Below are positions 18,911-28,307 of a DNA stretch of 64,000 nucleotides, one piece after another. The stretch is taken from NCBI GenBank assembly GCA_964291285.2, contig OZ219787.1:192001-256000 (forward strand), read 5' to 3'. Under the pieces are notes generated by a model. That model did no database searches. It had not been told where the DNA came from and saw only the letters and a list, made by a program, of their open reading frames with translations. The position numbers were made by a program, and so were the translations under genes. The DNA is from Alphaproteobacteria bacterium. Its GTDB lineage: Bacteria; Pseudomonadota; Alphaproteobacteria; Bin95. How positions within the stretch are numbered: position 1 is the stretch's first letter; each line of letters opens with the position of its first letter.

Positions 18911-19946
18911 ACCCGGGTCCGGGAGATCCTGGCATGCCGGGCGGCGTGTCCGGCGGAGCCGCAGGGGCCGCCTGCAGGCCGGAGGCCGGTTTCGGGCGCA
19001 GCGGCCCGGACAGCCGGGACCAGGCCTCCCTGAACGGTTCGAGATAGACGGTTCCGAGGTTGTGGCTCGGGCCTGCCGTGGCCGGGCCGCCGAAGCGGAT
19101 GTCCTGTCCGCGTTCGGCGAGGCTGAGGCTGCCGCCGATCCAGTCCCAGAGCGCGAGCACGGTGCCGAAGTTCCGGTTGTGGTGGCGCGGGTCGTCGGAG
19201 TGGTGGATCTGGTGCTGGGCCGGGGAGATCAGCACGCGCTCGAGGAGGCGCCCGTAGGAAATCCGCACATGCGAGTGGCGCAGGTTCGACCCGGCGGCGT
19301 TGAAGACGAACAGGAAGACGTTCGCGCCATAGACGGCCAGCAGTTCCACGCGGTCGCCGAGGAAAAAGAAGAACACGGCCAGGACCGCCGCCTGCACGAA
19401 GATCGACCGGAGCGCAAAGAGCACGCCCTCCACCGGGTGGGTGCGGTAGACGGTGAACGGCGTGAGCGTCTCCGCGGTGTGGTGGACCTTGTGGAAGCAC
19501 CAGAGCAGCGGCCAGGTGTGGAGCCAGCGGTGGAGCAGGTATTTGGTGCCGTCGTCGAGGATGAACAGCGCGAAGGTAAAGAGCGCCGCGACCGCCCAGC
19601 CGGGCGCTTCGGGCCAGAGGATGTAGCGCCCGTCGAACCAGATGTGCATGGCTTCGAACAGCAAGGTCGCCACGGCGAGCTTCGACACCAGGCGCGGCGC
19701 GACGCCCATCATGATCGCCTGGTTGAGGACAGCGACCCTGTAGTCCGCCCGCGCCGAGCGCGACCACCAGATTTGCCGGCTGAAGAGCCGGGCGAGAGAG
19801 CCCGCGAGCGCGGTCCCGCCGACGAGCATCTGCACGCCCAGCGCGAGAACGAGGGCGCTTGCGAGATAGCCGACGAAAACGCGCTTCTGGGGATTGAGGA
19901 ACTGGTCGGCCAGGCGCTCCAGGAAGTCGGCGGCGAGTGTTTCCAT
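18909..19946 (-). CDS. Sterol desaturase / fatty acid hydroxylase family protein
   Basis: HRWLH, HKVHH, HQIHH histidine boxes. Confidence 0.9.
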   Translation of the reverse strand: METLAADFLERLADQFLNPQKRVFVGYLASALVLALGVQMLVGGTALAGSLARLFSRQIWWSRSARADYRVAVLNQAIMMGVAPRLVSKLAVATLLFEAMHIWFDGRYILWPEAPGWAVAALFTFALFILDDGTKYLLHRWLHTWPLLWCFHKVHHTAETLTPFTVYRTHPVEGVLFALRSIFVQAAVLAVFFFFLGDRVELLAVYGANVFLFVFNAAGSNLRHSHVRISYGRLLERVLISPAQHQIHHSDDPRHHNRNFGTVLALWDWIGGSLSLAERGQDIRFGGPATAGPSHNLGTVYLEPFREAWSRLSGPLRPKPASGLQAAPAAPPDTPPGMPGSPGPG

Positions 19947-19969
19947 GGGCCGGCCCGTTCCGGTGGGCG

Positions 19970-20002
19970 AGAAAAGGGGCCCGGGCGCGCGGCCCGGGCC
20001 CC
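19970..20002 (-). terminator. Rho-independent terminator
   Basis: GGGGCCCGGGC stem followed by TTTT on the minus strand. Confidence 0.65.
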
Positions 20003-20010
20003 GGCAGGCG

Positions 20011-21435
20011 TCAGTCGTTCTCGCCCGAGTCCTTGTCGCCGAGCGTGGCCGAGAGCGCTTCCATTTCCCCCGTCACGTCATTGTTGCGCGCCTGCACGCC
20101 GAACCGGTCGATCAGGAGCTTCTGCGCCTTCGCCATGTGGAGCATGTATTCGCCCCAGGCCTTTCCGTCGCCGCGCAGATAGTTGCCCTTGGTGTCGATG
20201 TCGCCGACCTGGCTGCCGTCCAGCAGCACCGGGCCGATGCCGATCAGGCGGTTCAGGCGGGTGGCGGTCTCGCCGAGATTGTTCTTGCCGGACTGCAGCG
20301 CAAGCGCGAAGCCCTTCAGCTCGCCCCAGTGCTTCACATATTTCCGGAACTGCTTGGCCGGATCGCCATTGGCTTCGGTGATCGTCTTCAGCTTCGCCAT
20401 GTCCTTGTAAACGGAGCCGGCATATTTGAAGACCGCCTCGGCCAGCACCTTCTCCCAGTTCTCGGCGATGACCGCCGCGTAGCCCTTCAGCTCGGAGCGC
20501 TGCGCGTCGGTCAGCTTCCCGCCGCCGGCGGCCGCAAGCAGCTTGCGCCCGTCGAGGAACGCCCCGGTGATCGTGTGCAGGTAGGAGGTGGCGTTGCCCT
20601 TGTCATAGACCGATGCGTCGAACCCGGCGGCGTAATAGGCGGGCCCGAAGGCCATCTCGCTCTTCAGGTCCACCTTGCCGTCCTTGTTGCGGTCGGCGGC
20701 GGCGAAGCCTTCATCGCGGCGCTTGGCGATGTTGTACACATCCTTGGGCTTCAGCATCATCGTGTGCGCCGGCGTGCCGAAATAGCCGAACGCCTCGTCC
20801 CAGGCATGCTCCTTGCCGGTGTAGGGCGCGCCCTTCTTGTAGGGCTTGTCGTTCGGCTTCTTGTCGGGGCCGAGATACTCGTCCAGATAGCCGTCCACGG
20901 CCTGGTTGTAGAACACCGCGCCCATGATGAATTTGGAGATCAGCTGCGGGTAGTCGTAGCCGTTCTCCGCGTCGAACCCCTTGTTCGCCATCGACGCCTT
21001 GTCGATCCAGAGCGAGACGAGCTCCGCCCCCGTCATGCCGTTCGGCATGCCGGCCACGGTGCCCTTGAAGGTCTTGCCCGCGAGGTTCTTGCCCTTGCTG
21101 ATCTCGTCCACGGCCGTCTGGGAGATCGCGAATGCCCCCTTCGTCTTCGGCGCGAGGATCATGCGGCCCTCGTCCTTGCCCTCGAAATAGGCCGTCATCC
21201 TGGCTTTAAGCTCGGCATTCTCCGCGCCGTTGCCCGACCCGGCGAGCTTCTTCAGCGAATCGTGCAGGGCATGGCGGGCGATCTGGCCCGTATAGGAGAC
21301 GGACGTGGTCTTCTTCCCGTCATAGCCTTTGACGGTCACCGGGAAGCCGGCATAGACCATGTCGTCCGACATGGCGGTCCCCGAGAGCAGCGCCAGCGCA
21401 ACCGCCGTCGCTCCCGCAGTGAGGGTTCTGGTCAT
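20011..21435 (-). CDS. Secreted DUF4856/imelysin-like iron-regulated protein
   Basis: Signal peptide; SVSYTGQIARH, EHAWDEAFGYFG. Confidence 0.7.
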   Translation of the reverse strand: MTRTLTAGATAVALALLSGTAMSDDMVYAGFPVTVKGYDGKKTTSVSYTGQIARHALHDSLKKLAGSGNGAENAELKARMTAYFEGKDEGRMILAPKTKGAFAISQTAVDEISKGKNLAGKTFKGTVAGMPNGMTGAELVSLWIDKASMANKGFDAENGYDYPQLISKFIMGAVFYNQAVDGYLDEYLGPDKKPNDKPYKKGAPYTGKEHAWDEAFGYFGTPAHTMMLKPKDVYNIAKRRDEGFAAADRNKDGKVDLKSEMAFGPAYYAAGFDASVYDKGNATSYLHTITGAFLDGRKLLAAAGGGKLTDAQRSELKGYAAVIAENWEKVLAEAVFKYAGSVYKDMAKLKTITEANGDPAKQFRKYVKHWGELKGFALALQSGKNNLGETATRLNRLIGIGPVLLDGSQVGDIDTKGNYLRGDGKAWGEYMLHMAKAQKLLIDRFGVQARNNDVTGEMEALSATLGDKDSGEND

Positions 21436-21462
21436 CGTGATTCCTCGCGTCTTGAGTCTTTC

Positions 21463-21522
21463 TGCGAATGAAAATGAGACACATTCGCAAGAGAGTCAAT
21501 GCGAATGAAAAACATTCTCAAT
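21463..21522. promoter_or_regulatory. Tandem iron-regulator boxes (Fur/RirA-like)
   Basis: AATGAGACACATTCGCAA and AATGAAAAACATTCTCAA (TGA-N9-TCA), each preceded by TGCGAATGAAAA. Confidence 0.65.
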
Positions 21523-21569
21523 TAGGTCCGAAATCCGGCGTTCCAGCCGGGAATCCAGGGCCGCCGCCT

Positions 21570-22295
21570 CTACACCTCGCACCCGAGCTGCTCCCTGAGC
21601 GCCTTGCGCCTGATCTCCGCGACGGCGCCGCGCGGCAGGCTGCCAAGCTGGAAGGGGCCGTAGGCGATGCGGATGAGCCGGTTGACCGGGTGGCCGAGAT
21701 GCTCCAGCACCCGGCGGACCTCGCGGTTGCGGCCCTCGGCGAGGCTGACGGTGAGCCAGGCATTGCCGCCGCGCTGCTCGTCGAGGCTCGCCGCGATCGG
21801 CCCGTAGCGCGCGCCTGCGACCTCCACGCCGCCGGCGAGCCGCGCCAGGCGCCCCTCATCGACCCGGCCCCGCACCCGCGCCCGGTAGCGCCTGACCCAG
21901 CCGCGCGACGGCAGTTCGAGCTCGCGGGCAAGCCCGCCGTCGTTTGTCAGCAGCAGCAGGCCCTCGGAGGCGAGGTCGAGCCGCCCGACGCTCACCACGC
22001 GCGGCAGGTGCGGCGGCAGGGTCTCGAACACGGTCGGCCGCCCCTCCGGGTCGCGGTCGGTCGTCAGCAGGCCGGCCGGCTTGTGGTAGCGCCAGAGGCG
22101 GGCCGGCTCCGGGGCGGCGAGCAGGGCGCCGTCCACCTCCACCAGGTCCTGCGGCCCGACATTCACCGCCGGGTCCCGGAGCGCCTGCCCGTTCAGGCTC
22201 ACGCGCCCGGCGAGGATGCGCCGCTCGGCCTCGCGCCGCGAGCAGACGCCCGCCCGCGCGATGCGTTTCGCGATGCGCTCGCCGTCCCCGCTCAC
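21570..22295 (-). CDS. rluB: 23S rRNA pseudouridine synthase (RluB family)
   Basis: S4 domain; VGRLDLASEGLLLLTNDG; EGRNREVRR. Confidence 0.9.
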   Translation of the reverse strand: MSGDGERIAKRIARAGVCSRREAERRILAGRVSLNGQALRDPAVNVGPQDLVEVDGALLAAPEPARLWRYHKPAGLLTTDRDPEGRPTVFETLPPHLPRVVSVGRLDLASEGLLLLTNDGGLARELELPSRGWVRRYRARVRGRVDEGRLARLAGGVEVAGARYGPIAASLDEQRGGNAWLTVSLAEGRNREVRRVLEHLGHPVNRLIRIAYGPFQLGSLPRGAVAEIRRKALREQLGCEV

Positions 22296-22308
22296 GGCAT
22301 GGCCCCGC

Positions 22309-23034
22309 TCACGGCATGGTGCTCCGCGCGGCCGCCACGAAGGCCTCGACGATGCGCGCATCGCTCGGGTCGATATGGAACTCCGGGTGCCACTGCACGC
22401 CGAGGCAGAAGCGGTAGCCCGGCGCCTCGATGCCCTCGATCACGCCGTCCGGCGCGCGCGCATTGACGGTGACGCCCGGCGGCTCGTCAGCGGCGGCCTG
22501 GTGGTGGGCGCTGTTCACGTGGAGCGTGTCCCTGCCGACGATTTCCGCAAGGCGCGTGCCGGGTTCCACCGCGACCGCATGGCCCGGCTCGGTGCGCGGG
22601 TTCGGCTGCTCGTGGGCGAGCGCGCCCGGCACCTCGTCCGGGATATGCTGGATCAGCCGCCCGCCCAGCGCCACATGCAGCAATTGCTGGCCGCCGCAAA
22701 TGCCGAGCAGCGGCATGTCGCGGGCGAGCGCGCCCTCCACCATGGCGAGCTCGAAATCGGTGCGGCCAGGCTTGAGCGAGACGGTTTCATGGCGCTCGGC
22801 CGCGCCGAACAGCGCCGGATCGACGTCGAAGGCCCCGCCGGTCACCAACAGGCCGTCTATACGGTCGAGATAGGCGTCCGCATGGGCCGTCTCGTGGGGC
22901 AGCAGCAGGGGAATGGCCCCGGCCGCGCTCACCGCGCCCGCATAGTTGCAGCGCAGCGCATACCACGGCAGGCTGGAATAGCCGCCGGCGGGTTCCCGGT
23001 CGACGGTAAGGCCGATGACTGGAAGGCGCGCCAT
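22309..23034 (-). CDS. Gamma-glutamyl-gamma-aminobutyrate hydrolase family (peptidase C26)
   Basis: LGICGGQQ, VNSAHHQ, GVQWHPE. Confidence 0.9.
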   Translation of the reverse strand: MARLPVIGLTVDREPAGGYSSLPWYALRCNYAGAVSAAGAIPLLLPHETAHADAYLDRIDGLLVTGGAFDVDPALFGAAERHETVSLKPGRTDFELAMVEGALARDMPLLGICGGQQLLHVALGGRLIQHIPDEVPGALAHEQPNPRTEPGHAVAVEPGTRLAEIVGRDTLHVNSAHHQAAADEPPGVTVNARAPDGVIEGIEAPGYRFCLGVQWHPEFHIDPSDARIVEAFVAAARSTMP

Positions 23035-23062
23035 GGCGCCCATCTACACGCTTCGCCGGGCA

Positions 23063-23500
23063 ATGCAACGGGCGCTCGCGCTGGCGGAGGCGGCCGCGGC
23101 CCGCACGCCCGCCGATGCGCCGGTGGGCGCGGTGCTGCTGGGCGCGGACGGAACGGTGCTGGCGGAAGCCCATAACGAGGTCGAGGCGGGCGCGGACCCG
23201 ACGGCGCATGCCGAGATGCTGGCGCTCAGGCGGGGCGCGGCCAGGCTCGGCCGGCCGCGCCTGGACGGCTGCACCCTGGTCGTCACCCTGGAGCCTTGCG
23301 CGATGTGCGCGCAGGCCGCCGCGCACGCCCGGATCGCGCGGCTCGTCTTCGGCGCCTGGGACCCCAAGGGCGGCGGCGTGGACCACGGCGCGCGCATCTT
23401 CGACCGCGAGACCTGCACCCACCGCCCGGAAGTGGTGGGCGGCCTGATGGAAGAGGAGGCCGCCGCGCTGCTGACGGCGTTCTTCCGGGAGCGGCGGTAG
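23063..23500 (+). CDS. tadA: tRNA adenosine deaminase
   Basis: DPTAHAE, TLEPCAMC, FGAWDPKGG. Confidence 0.85.
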   Translation: MQRALALAEAAAARTPADAPVGAVLLGADGTVLAEAHNEVEAGADPTAHAEMLALRRGAARLGRPRLDGCTLVVTLEPCAMCAQAAAHARIARLVFGAWDPKGGGVDHGARIFDRETCTHRPEVVGGLMEEEAAALLTAFFRERR

Positions 23501-23579
23501 AGGCGCCCCGCGCCACCGGCCGCTTGACGGCATCAGGCAGGCGTTCCATAAGGGCGGCGATGCCGGCACCGCGCCGGCT

Positions 23580-23632
23580 CCGCGGGATTTGATCGGGCAG
23601 CTTGCAGCCGCGTCACCAAGTGCTAAAGCGCC
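23580..23632 (+). ncRNA. SAM-II (SAM-alpha) riboswitch
   Basis: CGCGG-GATTTGA...TTGCA-GCCGCG...GCTAAA layout upstream of metZ. Confidence 0.85.
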
Positions 23633-23682
23633 ACGGGAGGCATTTCCGTGGGCCCGCCAACCGGCAACCCAGGGAGACGCCG

Positions 23683-24903
23683 ATGCCCCGATTGCCAGAC
23701 CCGCTCCATGCGGACACGACCGCCGTTCACGGCGGCATCCAGCGCAGCCAGTTCGAGGAGACCGCCGAGGCCCTCTACCTCACCTCCGGCTATGTCTACG
23801 GCACGGCCGAGGAGGCCGCCGAAGCCTTCGACGGCGCGCGCGACCGCTACATCTACAGCCGTTACGGCAACCCCACCGTGCAGATGTTCATCGACCGGCT
23901 CTCAGCCATCGAGGGCGCGGAAGCGGGCGAAGCGACGGCGAGCGGCATGTCGGCCGTGTTCACCGCGCTGCTTGGCCTCCTGCGCAGCGGCGACCGGCTG
24001 GTCGGCTCGCGGGCGCTCTTCGGCTCCTGCGCGCATATCTGCACCCATATCCTGCCGCGCTACGGCATCGAGACGGAGCTCATCGACGGCAACGACCTCT
24101 CCGCCTGGGAGCGCGCGCTGTCAAAGCCGGCGAAGGCGGTGTTCCTGGAGACGCCGACCAACCCGCAGCTCGACATCATCGACCTGAAGGCGGTCTCGGG
24201 GCTGGCGCATGCCGCGGGCGCGCAAGTGGTGATCGACAATGTGTTCGCCACACCGCTCCTGCAGACGCCGCTGGAGCTCGGCGCGGATGTGGTCGTCTAT
24301 TCCGCCACCAAGCATATCGACGGGCAGGGCCGCTGCCTCGGCGGCGCGATCCTCGGCACGCGGAAGTTCTGCGACGAGGACCTCCAGCCCTTCATCCGCC
24401 ATACCGGCCCCAGCATGAGCCCCTTCAACGCCTGGGTGCTGCTGAAGGGGCTGGAGACGCTGGCGGTCCGGGTCGAGCGCCAGTGCCGCACGGCGATGGA
24501 GGTCGCGCGCTGGCTGGAGGGGCGGGCCGGCGTGAAGCGGGTCATCTACCCCTTCCTCGATTCCCACCCGCAGGCGGCGCTCGCGCGCCGGCAGATGAGG
24601 GAGGGCGGGACCGTCGTCACCTTCGAGATCGAGGGCGCGCGGACGCAAGCCTTCGGCCTGCTGAACGCGCTCCGGCTGATCCCGATCTCCAACAATCTGG
24701 GCGACGCCAAGAGCCTCGTCACCCACCCGGCCTCGACGACCCACCACCGGATCGGGGCGGAGGGCCGCGCCGCCGTCGGCATCGGCGAGAACATGATCCG
24801 CCTCTCCCTCGGCCTCGAACATGCCGACGACCTGGTCCGCGACCTCGACCGCGCCATCGCCGCCGCCGGCCTCGGGAAAGGCTGCCGGGGCCGGGAAGTG
24901 TAG
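23683..24903 (+). CDS. metZ: O-succinylhomoserine sulfhydrylase
   Basis: RSQFEETAEALYLTSG, YSRYGNPTV, YSATKHIDGQGR, SNNLGDAKS. Confidence 0.92.
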   Translation: MPRLPDPLHADTTAVHGGIQRSQFEETAEALYLTSGYVYGTAEEAAEAFDGARDRYIYSRYGNPTVQMFIDRLSAIEGAEAGEATASGMSAVFTALLGLLRSGDRLVGSRALFGSCAHICTHILPRYGIETELIDGNDLSAWERALSKPAKAVFLETPTNPQLDIIDLKAVSGLAHAAGAQVVIDNVFATPLLQTPLELGADVVVYSATKHIDGQGRCLGGAILGTRKFCDEDLQPFIRHTGPSMSPFNAWVLLKGLETLAVRVERQCRTAMEVARWLEGRAGVKRVIYPFLDSHPQAALARRQMREGGTVVTFEIEGARTQAFGLLNALRLIPISNNLGDAKSLVTHPASTTHHRIGAEGRAAVGIGENMIRLSLGLEHADDLVRDLDRAIAAAGLGKGCRGREV

Positions 24904-25276
24904 CGCCGGCGGCCCGGCGCGCCCGTCTCCGCGCCCCGATCTCCGCCCCGGATGCCCTTCCGGTTTCACGAATCATGAAAAAAATCTAGAGATTTTGCTC
25001 TTTGTTCGTGATTTGAGCTTGACATCTGGCGGATTGTGGTATGATGGTCCCCAGGGAAGAGGCATCCGGAGCCGCTTGCCGGGCGTTGCGCGGCCGAGCG
25101 GCGCCAGTTTCTGAAAACATGTGAGAAGCCGACGGGAGGAGTGCGCCCTCTGCCTCGCGCGCGCAATCAGGCGCGCGAACCGCGCCGGCGCCGACACGCG
25201 CCCGGGCAGGCGCGGGCGCCCGCGCAGGATACGCGCGGAAACAGGGACCCGCTCCCGGTCGGAGCAAGGAGGAACG

Positions 25277-25462
25277 ATGACGGCAACCGACCCCCAACTG
25301 GCGGCGATGCCGGCCGAAAGGCTCGCACCTGCCGCCGCGGCCCTCGCCGAAGCCTGTGCGGAGGACATGAGCGCCAACCCGCAGGGGGAAGGGAAGAGGC
25401 ATGAACGGGGCGTTATGCCCGGACAGGCTGCAGGGTATGCCTCTTGCGCATGCAGAACATGA
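25277..25462 (+). CDS. Small hypothetical ORF inside element copy 3
   Basis: AAGGAGG RBS before ATG; 61 aa; no recognisable family. Confidence 0.35.
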   Translation: MTATDPQLAAMPAERLAPAAAALAEACAEDMSANPQGEGKRHERGVMPGQAAGYASCACRT

Positions 25463-25569
25463 CATCTCATGACACTTGGCGGGAGGGACCATGACATCTC
25501 ATGACATTCCATGACACATCGCCAGGGAGGCCGGGCGTGCCTCATGACACAACATGACATCTCATGACA
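25458..25569 (+). repeat. Phased CATGACA direct-repeat array
   Basis: Starts at 25458, 25468, 25490, 25500, 25510, 25543, 25553, 25563. Confidence 0.9.
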
Positions 25570-25624
25570 TCCGCCGGGGGGGTCCGCGCCGCCGGACCGC
25601 AACGCCGGCTTCGATGCGGGAGCC

Positions 25625-26647
25625 CTACTGCCGCGCCTTCACGGCCTCGCCCGCGTCCCAGGCATCGACATGGCTGAGCATGAGCGGGGAGAGGGCGAAG
25701 GAGATCCGGCCGGGCGCCGGGACGCGCGCATGAAGACCGTCCGCCGCGAGCGCCTCGGCCAGTTCCCCGGCATGCGCGCGCTCCAGCACGACATGCGCGC
25801 CGCGGGAGGCGGGCGCCAGCGGGTCCGGCTCGCCGAGCGCGCCGAGAAACACCGCCGCGAGCGTGCGCGCCTTCCAGCCGAGCGCCTCGATATCGGCGCC
25901 CACGAACCTGTCGAGCGCGCCGTCAAGCGCCGCCAGCGCCAGCGCGGACGGCGCGGGCAACGTGTCCAGGGCGCCGGCGAACGCGCCCGCCGCATGGACC
26001 CAGGCGGGCGCGCCGGGACCGCCGCAAAGGAAGCCGCAGCCCCGCCCGACCGCCGCCTCCACGCCCGAGCGCTGCAGCGCGGCCGGCAGGACGCCCGCGG
26101 TCTCCGAGAGGTCGAAGGCGGCCAGCGCGCCCGCCTCGCGGGCCCGCCCGGCCAGCGCGGCGATGTTGCGGAGCCCGCCCGTCGCGGGGTCGAGGCTGCG
26201 CGTCAGCAGCAGCGTGCCGCCGTCGAGCGCGGCTTCGGGCGTCCCGGTCTCCGTGACGGCGCGGCCTTTAGCGGCGAGCCGGGCCATCAGGGCGGGAAAC
26301 GCGCCGGGCGCGGCGAGAACGCGGTTGCGGCCGGCGGCGGCGGCGGCATCGGCCAGCGCCTCGAGCGCGTCGGTTGCGCCGGCGGCGAAGCCGAGCTGCT
26401 CCGCCGGCGCGCCCAGGAGCGGCGCCAGCTTCTCCGCCGCCGCTCCGGCGAGCCCGCCGCCATGCGAGAGGCCCGCGCCCCATTCGACATGCATGAAGCC
26501 CGTGAGCCGCGTCCTCACCTCGCGCGTCAGCGGCCCCAGCCGGTCGCTGTCGAGGCGCAGCGTCCCGGCCGGCAGCAGGAAGCCGTCGCGCAGATAGGCG
26601 AGCGGGTCGCCGGCGTCCAGCGCCATGCAGTCCGCCCGCCCCGTCAT
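25625..26647 (-). CDS. Kynureninase-like protein lacking the PLP lysine
   Basis: LDAGDPLAYLRDGF N-terminus; VGRGCGFLCGGPGAPA where kynureninases have GCxYKYLNGGPGAP. Confidence 0.7.
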   Translation of the reverse strand: MTGRADCMALDAGDPLAYLRDGFLLPAGTLRLDSDRLGPLTREVRTRLTGFMHVEWGAGLSHGGGLAGAAAEKLAPLLGAPAEQLGFAAGATDALEALADAAAAAGRNRVLAAPGAFPALMARLAAKGRAVTETGTPEAALDGGTLLLTRSLDPATGGLRNIAALAGRAREAGALAAFDLSETAGVLPAALQRSGVEAAVGRGCGFLCGGPGAPAWVHAAGAFAGALDTLPAPSALALAALDGALDRFVGADIEALGWKARTLAAVFLGALGEPDPLAPASRGAHVVLERAHAGELAEALAADGLHARVPAPGRISFALSPLMLSHVDAWDAGEAVKARQ

Positions 26648-27453
26648 CGGTCCGCGAACAGGAGTTCGGCCGCGCGCCGGGCCATGCCCGCATTGTCGTG
26701 GCCGACGCCGGGGGCGGTGTGCAGTTCCCAGGCGAAGGGCGCGGGCAGGAGGCGTGCCATGTCCTGCCCCGCAGCGTAGAAATAGTGGCCGCGCGCCAGG
26801 CGGTGCGGCCCCTGCGCCATCGCTTCCGGCGATTTCAGCAGCATGGGCGCGTCGGTGACGGTGTCCTCTTCGCCGAGCAGCACCATGAGCCGCACCGACA
26901 GGGCGGCCGCCAGCGCCTCGTCGCCCATGCGGAAGCCGGTGAGGCCGTAGGGATAGCGCTCCTCCTCGCGCGGCACGGTGTAGGCGCCGGCATTGGCGGC
27001 GACGGCCGCCTCGATGCGCGCCGCCGGGGCGAACAGCGCCATGCGGTGGACGAACTGCCCGCCGGCGGAATGGCCGTAAAGGTAGTAGCGCCGGGCCTCC
27101 GCGCCGCTCCAGGCGCAGGCGGCGTCGAAGGCGCTTTCGACCACGCCGAAGCTCCAGTCCTCCTCCGGCAGGAAGGCGCGCCGGTCGGGCGTGCGCATGT
27201 TGCCGACCTCATATTCGCGCGGGCCCGGAAACTGCTCGCGGTCGAATTCGGGCGCGGCGACCAGCACGCGGTGGCGCTCGGCGTGCTCCGCCCAGACATC
27301 GCGGTAGTCGGCGGCATTGCGCCGGTAGCCGTGCAGCACGACGAGCACCGGGTCGGCCGGCCGCCAGGCCGCCGGCCGCCAGAGATGGGTGCGGACGGCG
27401 ACGTCTCCCTCGGTCGGACGGCGGTGCGGAACGGTGATCTCCGCCGCGCTCAC
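26644..27453 (-). CDS. Alpha/beta hydrolase
   Basis: HGYRRNA, GHSAGGQF, PGVGHD. Confidence 0.85.
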   Translation of the reverse strand: MSAAEITVPHRRPTEGDVAVRTHLWRPAAWRPADPVLVVLHGYRRNAADYRDVWAEHAERHRVLVAAPEFDREQFPGPREYEVGNMRTPDRRAFLPEEDWSFGVVESAFDAACAWSGAEARRYYLYGHSAGGQFVHRMALFAPAARIEAAVAANAGAYTVPREEERYPYGLTGFRMGDEALAAALSVRLMVLLGEEDTVTDAPMLLKSPEAMAQGPHRLARGHYFYAAGQDMARLLPAPFAWELHTAPGVGHDNAGMARRAAELLFADR

Positions 27454-28283
27454 CGCCTCGCCTCGGTCACGTCCGTGCCGGAATACACCGCGCCCAGCAT
27501 GCGCTGCATCGCCGCCGTGTGGGCCGCGCAGGCCCCGGCGTCGAGGTCCGCCGCGGGCCGGGGCTCGAGCTCGAAATGCCCGTAGCGGTCCTCGCCGCGC
27601 ACCAGGGTCGCGGAATCGTCGAGCTTCACCTGGCGCACATAGGTCGGGATGTAGCGGACCGCGAGGCCGATGCGCCGGTCGGGCAGCCGGTTCGGCTTCG
27701 AGCCGTGGACGAGGCGGATATGGTGGAGCGAGAACTCGCCCGCCCGGAGCGGCGCATCCACGGCCAGCGCCTCGTCCACCTCCATCTCGATCTCCTGCCC
27801 GCGCGTCAGCAGGTTGTCTTCGGCGAAGCTGTCGGTATGCGCCATCTGGTCGAGCTTGTGCGAGCCCGGCAGGAAGCGCATCGGGCCGCTCTCCAGCGGG
27901 GCTTCGGAGAGCGCCACCCAGGCGGTGACGACATCGTGGGGGTCGAGCCCCCAATAGGTCGAGTCCTGGTGCCAGGAGACGAAGGCCGGGTCGCTCGCCT
28001 CCTTGATGAAGAAATTGGTCGTCCAGCAGAGCAGGTCCGGCCCCAGCAAGTCTTCCACCGCATCCAGGATGCGCGGATGGTGGACGATCTCGTCCGCCCA
28101 GCGGAACAGCAGGTGGACCTTGTGGCGCATGTTGGAGTGGATGACGTCGCCGGTATCGGCTTCATACGCCTCCAGCCCGTCGCGGTAGCGGCGGGCTTGC
28201 GCCGCGGAAAAGGCCTGCACCGGAAAGACATAGCCGTCGCGTGCATAAGCCTCGATCTGGGTCTCGGTCAGCATCTTGCCCAT
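27450..28283 (-). CDS. Phytanoyl-CoA dioxygenase (PhyH) family protein
   Basis: WHQD, LVHGSKPN...RRIG. Confidence 0.9.
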   Translation of the reverse strand: MGKMLTETQIEAYARDGYVFPVQAFSAAQARRYRDGLEAYEADTGDVIHSNMRHKVHLLFRWADEIVHHPRILDAVEDLLGPDLLCWTTNFFIKEASDPAFVSWHQDSTYWGLDPHDVVTAWVALSEAPLESGPMRFLPGSHKLDQMAHTDSFAEDNLLTRGQEIEMEVDEALAVDAPLRAGEFSLHHIRLVHGSKPNRLPDRRIGLAVRYIPTYVRQVKLDDSATLVRGEDRYGHFELEPRPAADLDAGACAAHTAAMQRMLGAVYSGTDVTEARR

Positions 28284-28307
28284 CGGTCTTTCCCTGCTGC
28301 TGGCGGC

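Larger units (their letters stand above)
24975..25600 (+). repeat. Dispersed intergenic element, copy 3 (uninterrupted)
   Basis: A-tract, TTGACA (25019), TGgTATGAT; GGCATCCGGAGCCGC; 28-mer at 25163-25190; RBS plus short ORF; 8 CATGACA repeats. Confidence 0.85.

Noticed and set aside
25458-25569. CATGAC arrays as CRISPR
   Set aside because: Units are 6-7 bp with 3-4 bp linkers, there is no repeat-spacer architecture, and no cas genes are in the window.
24973-25602. ORFs crossing the element (RAIRRANRAG, RFARLIARA, CHEMS peptides) as real proteins
   Set aside because: Identity is at the nucleotide level, with inconsistent frames, strands and starts between copies.
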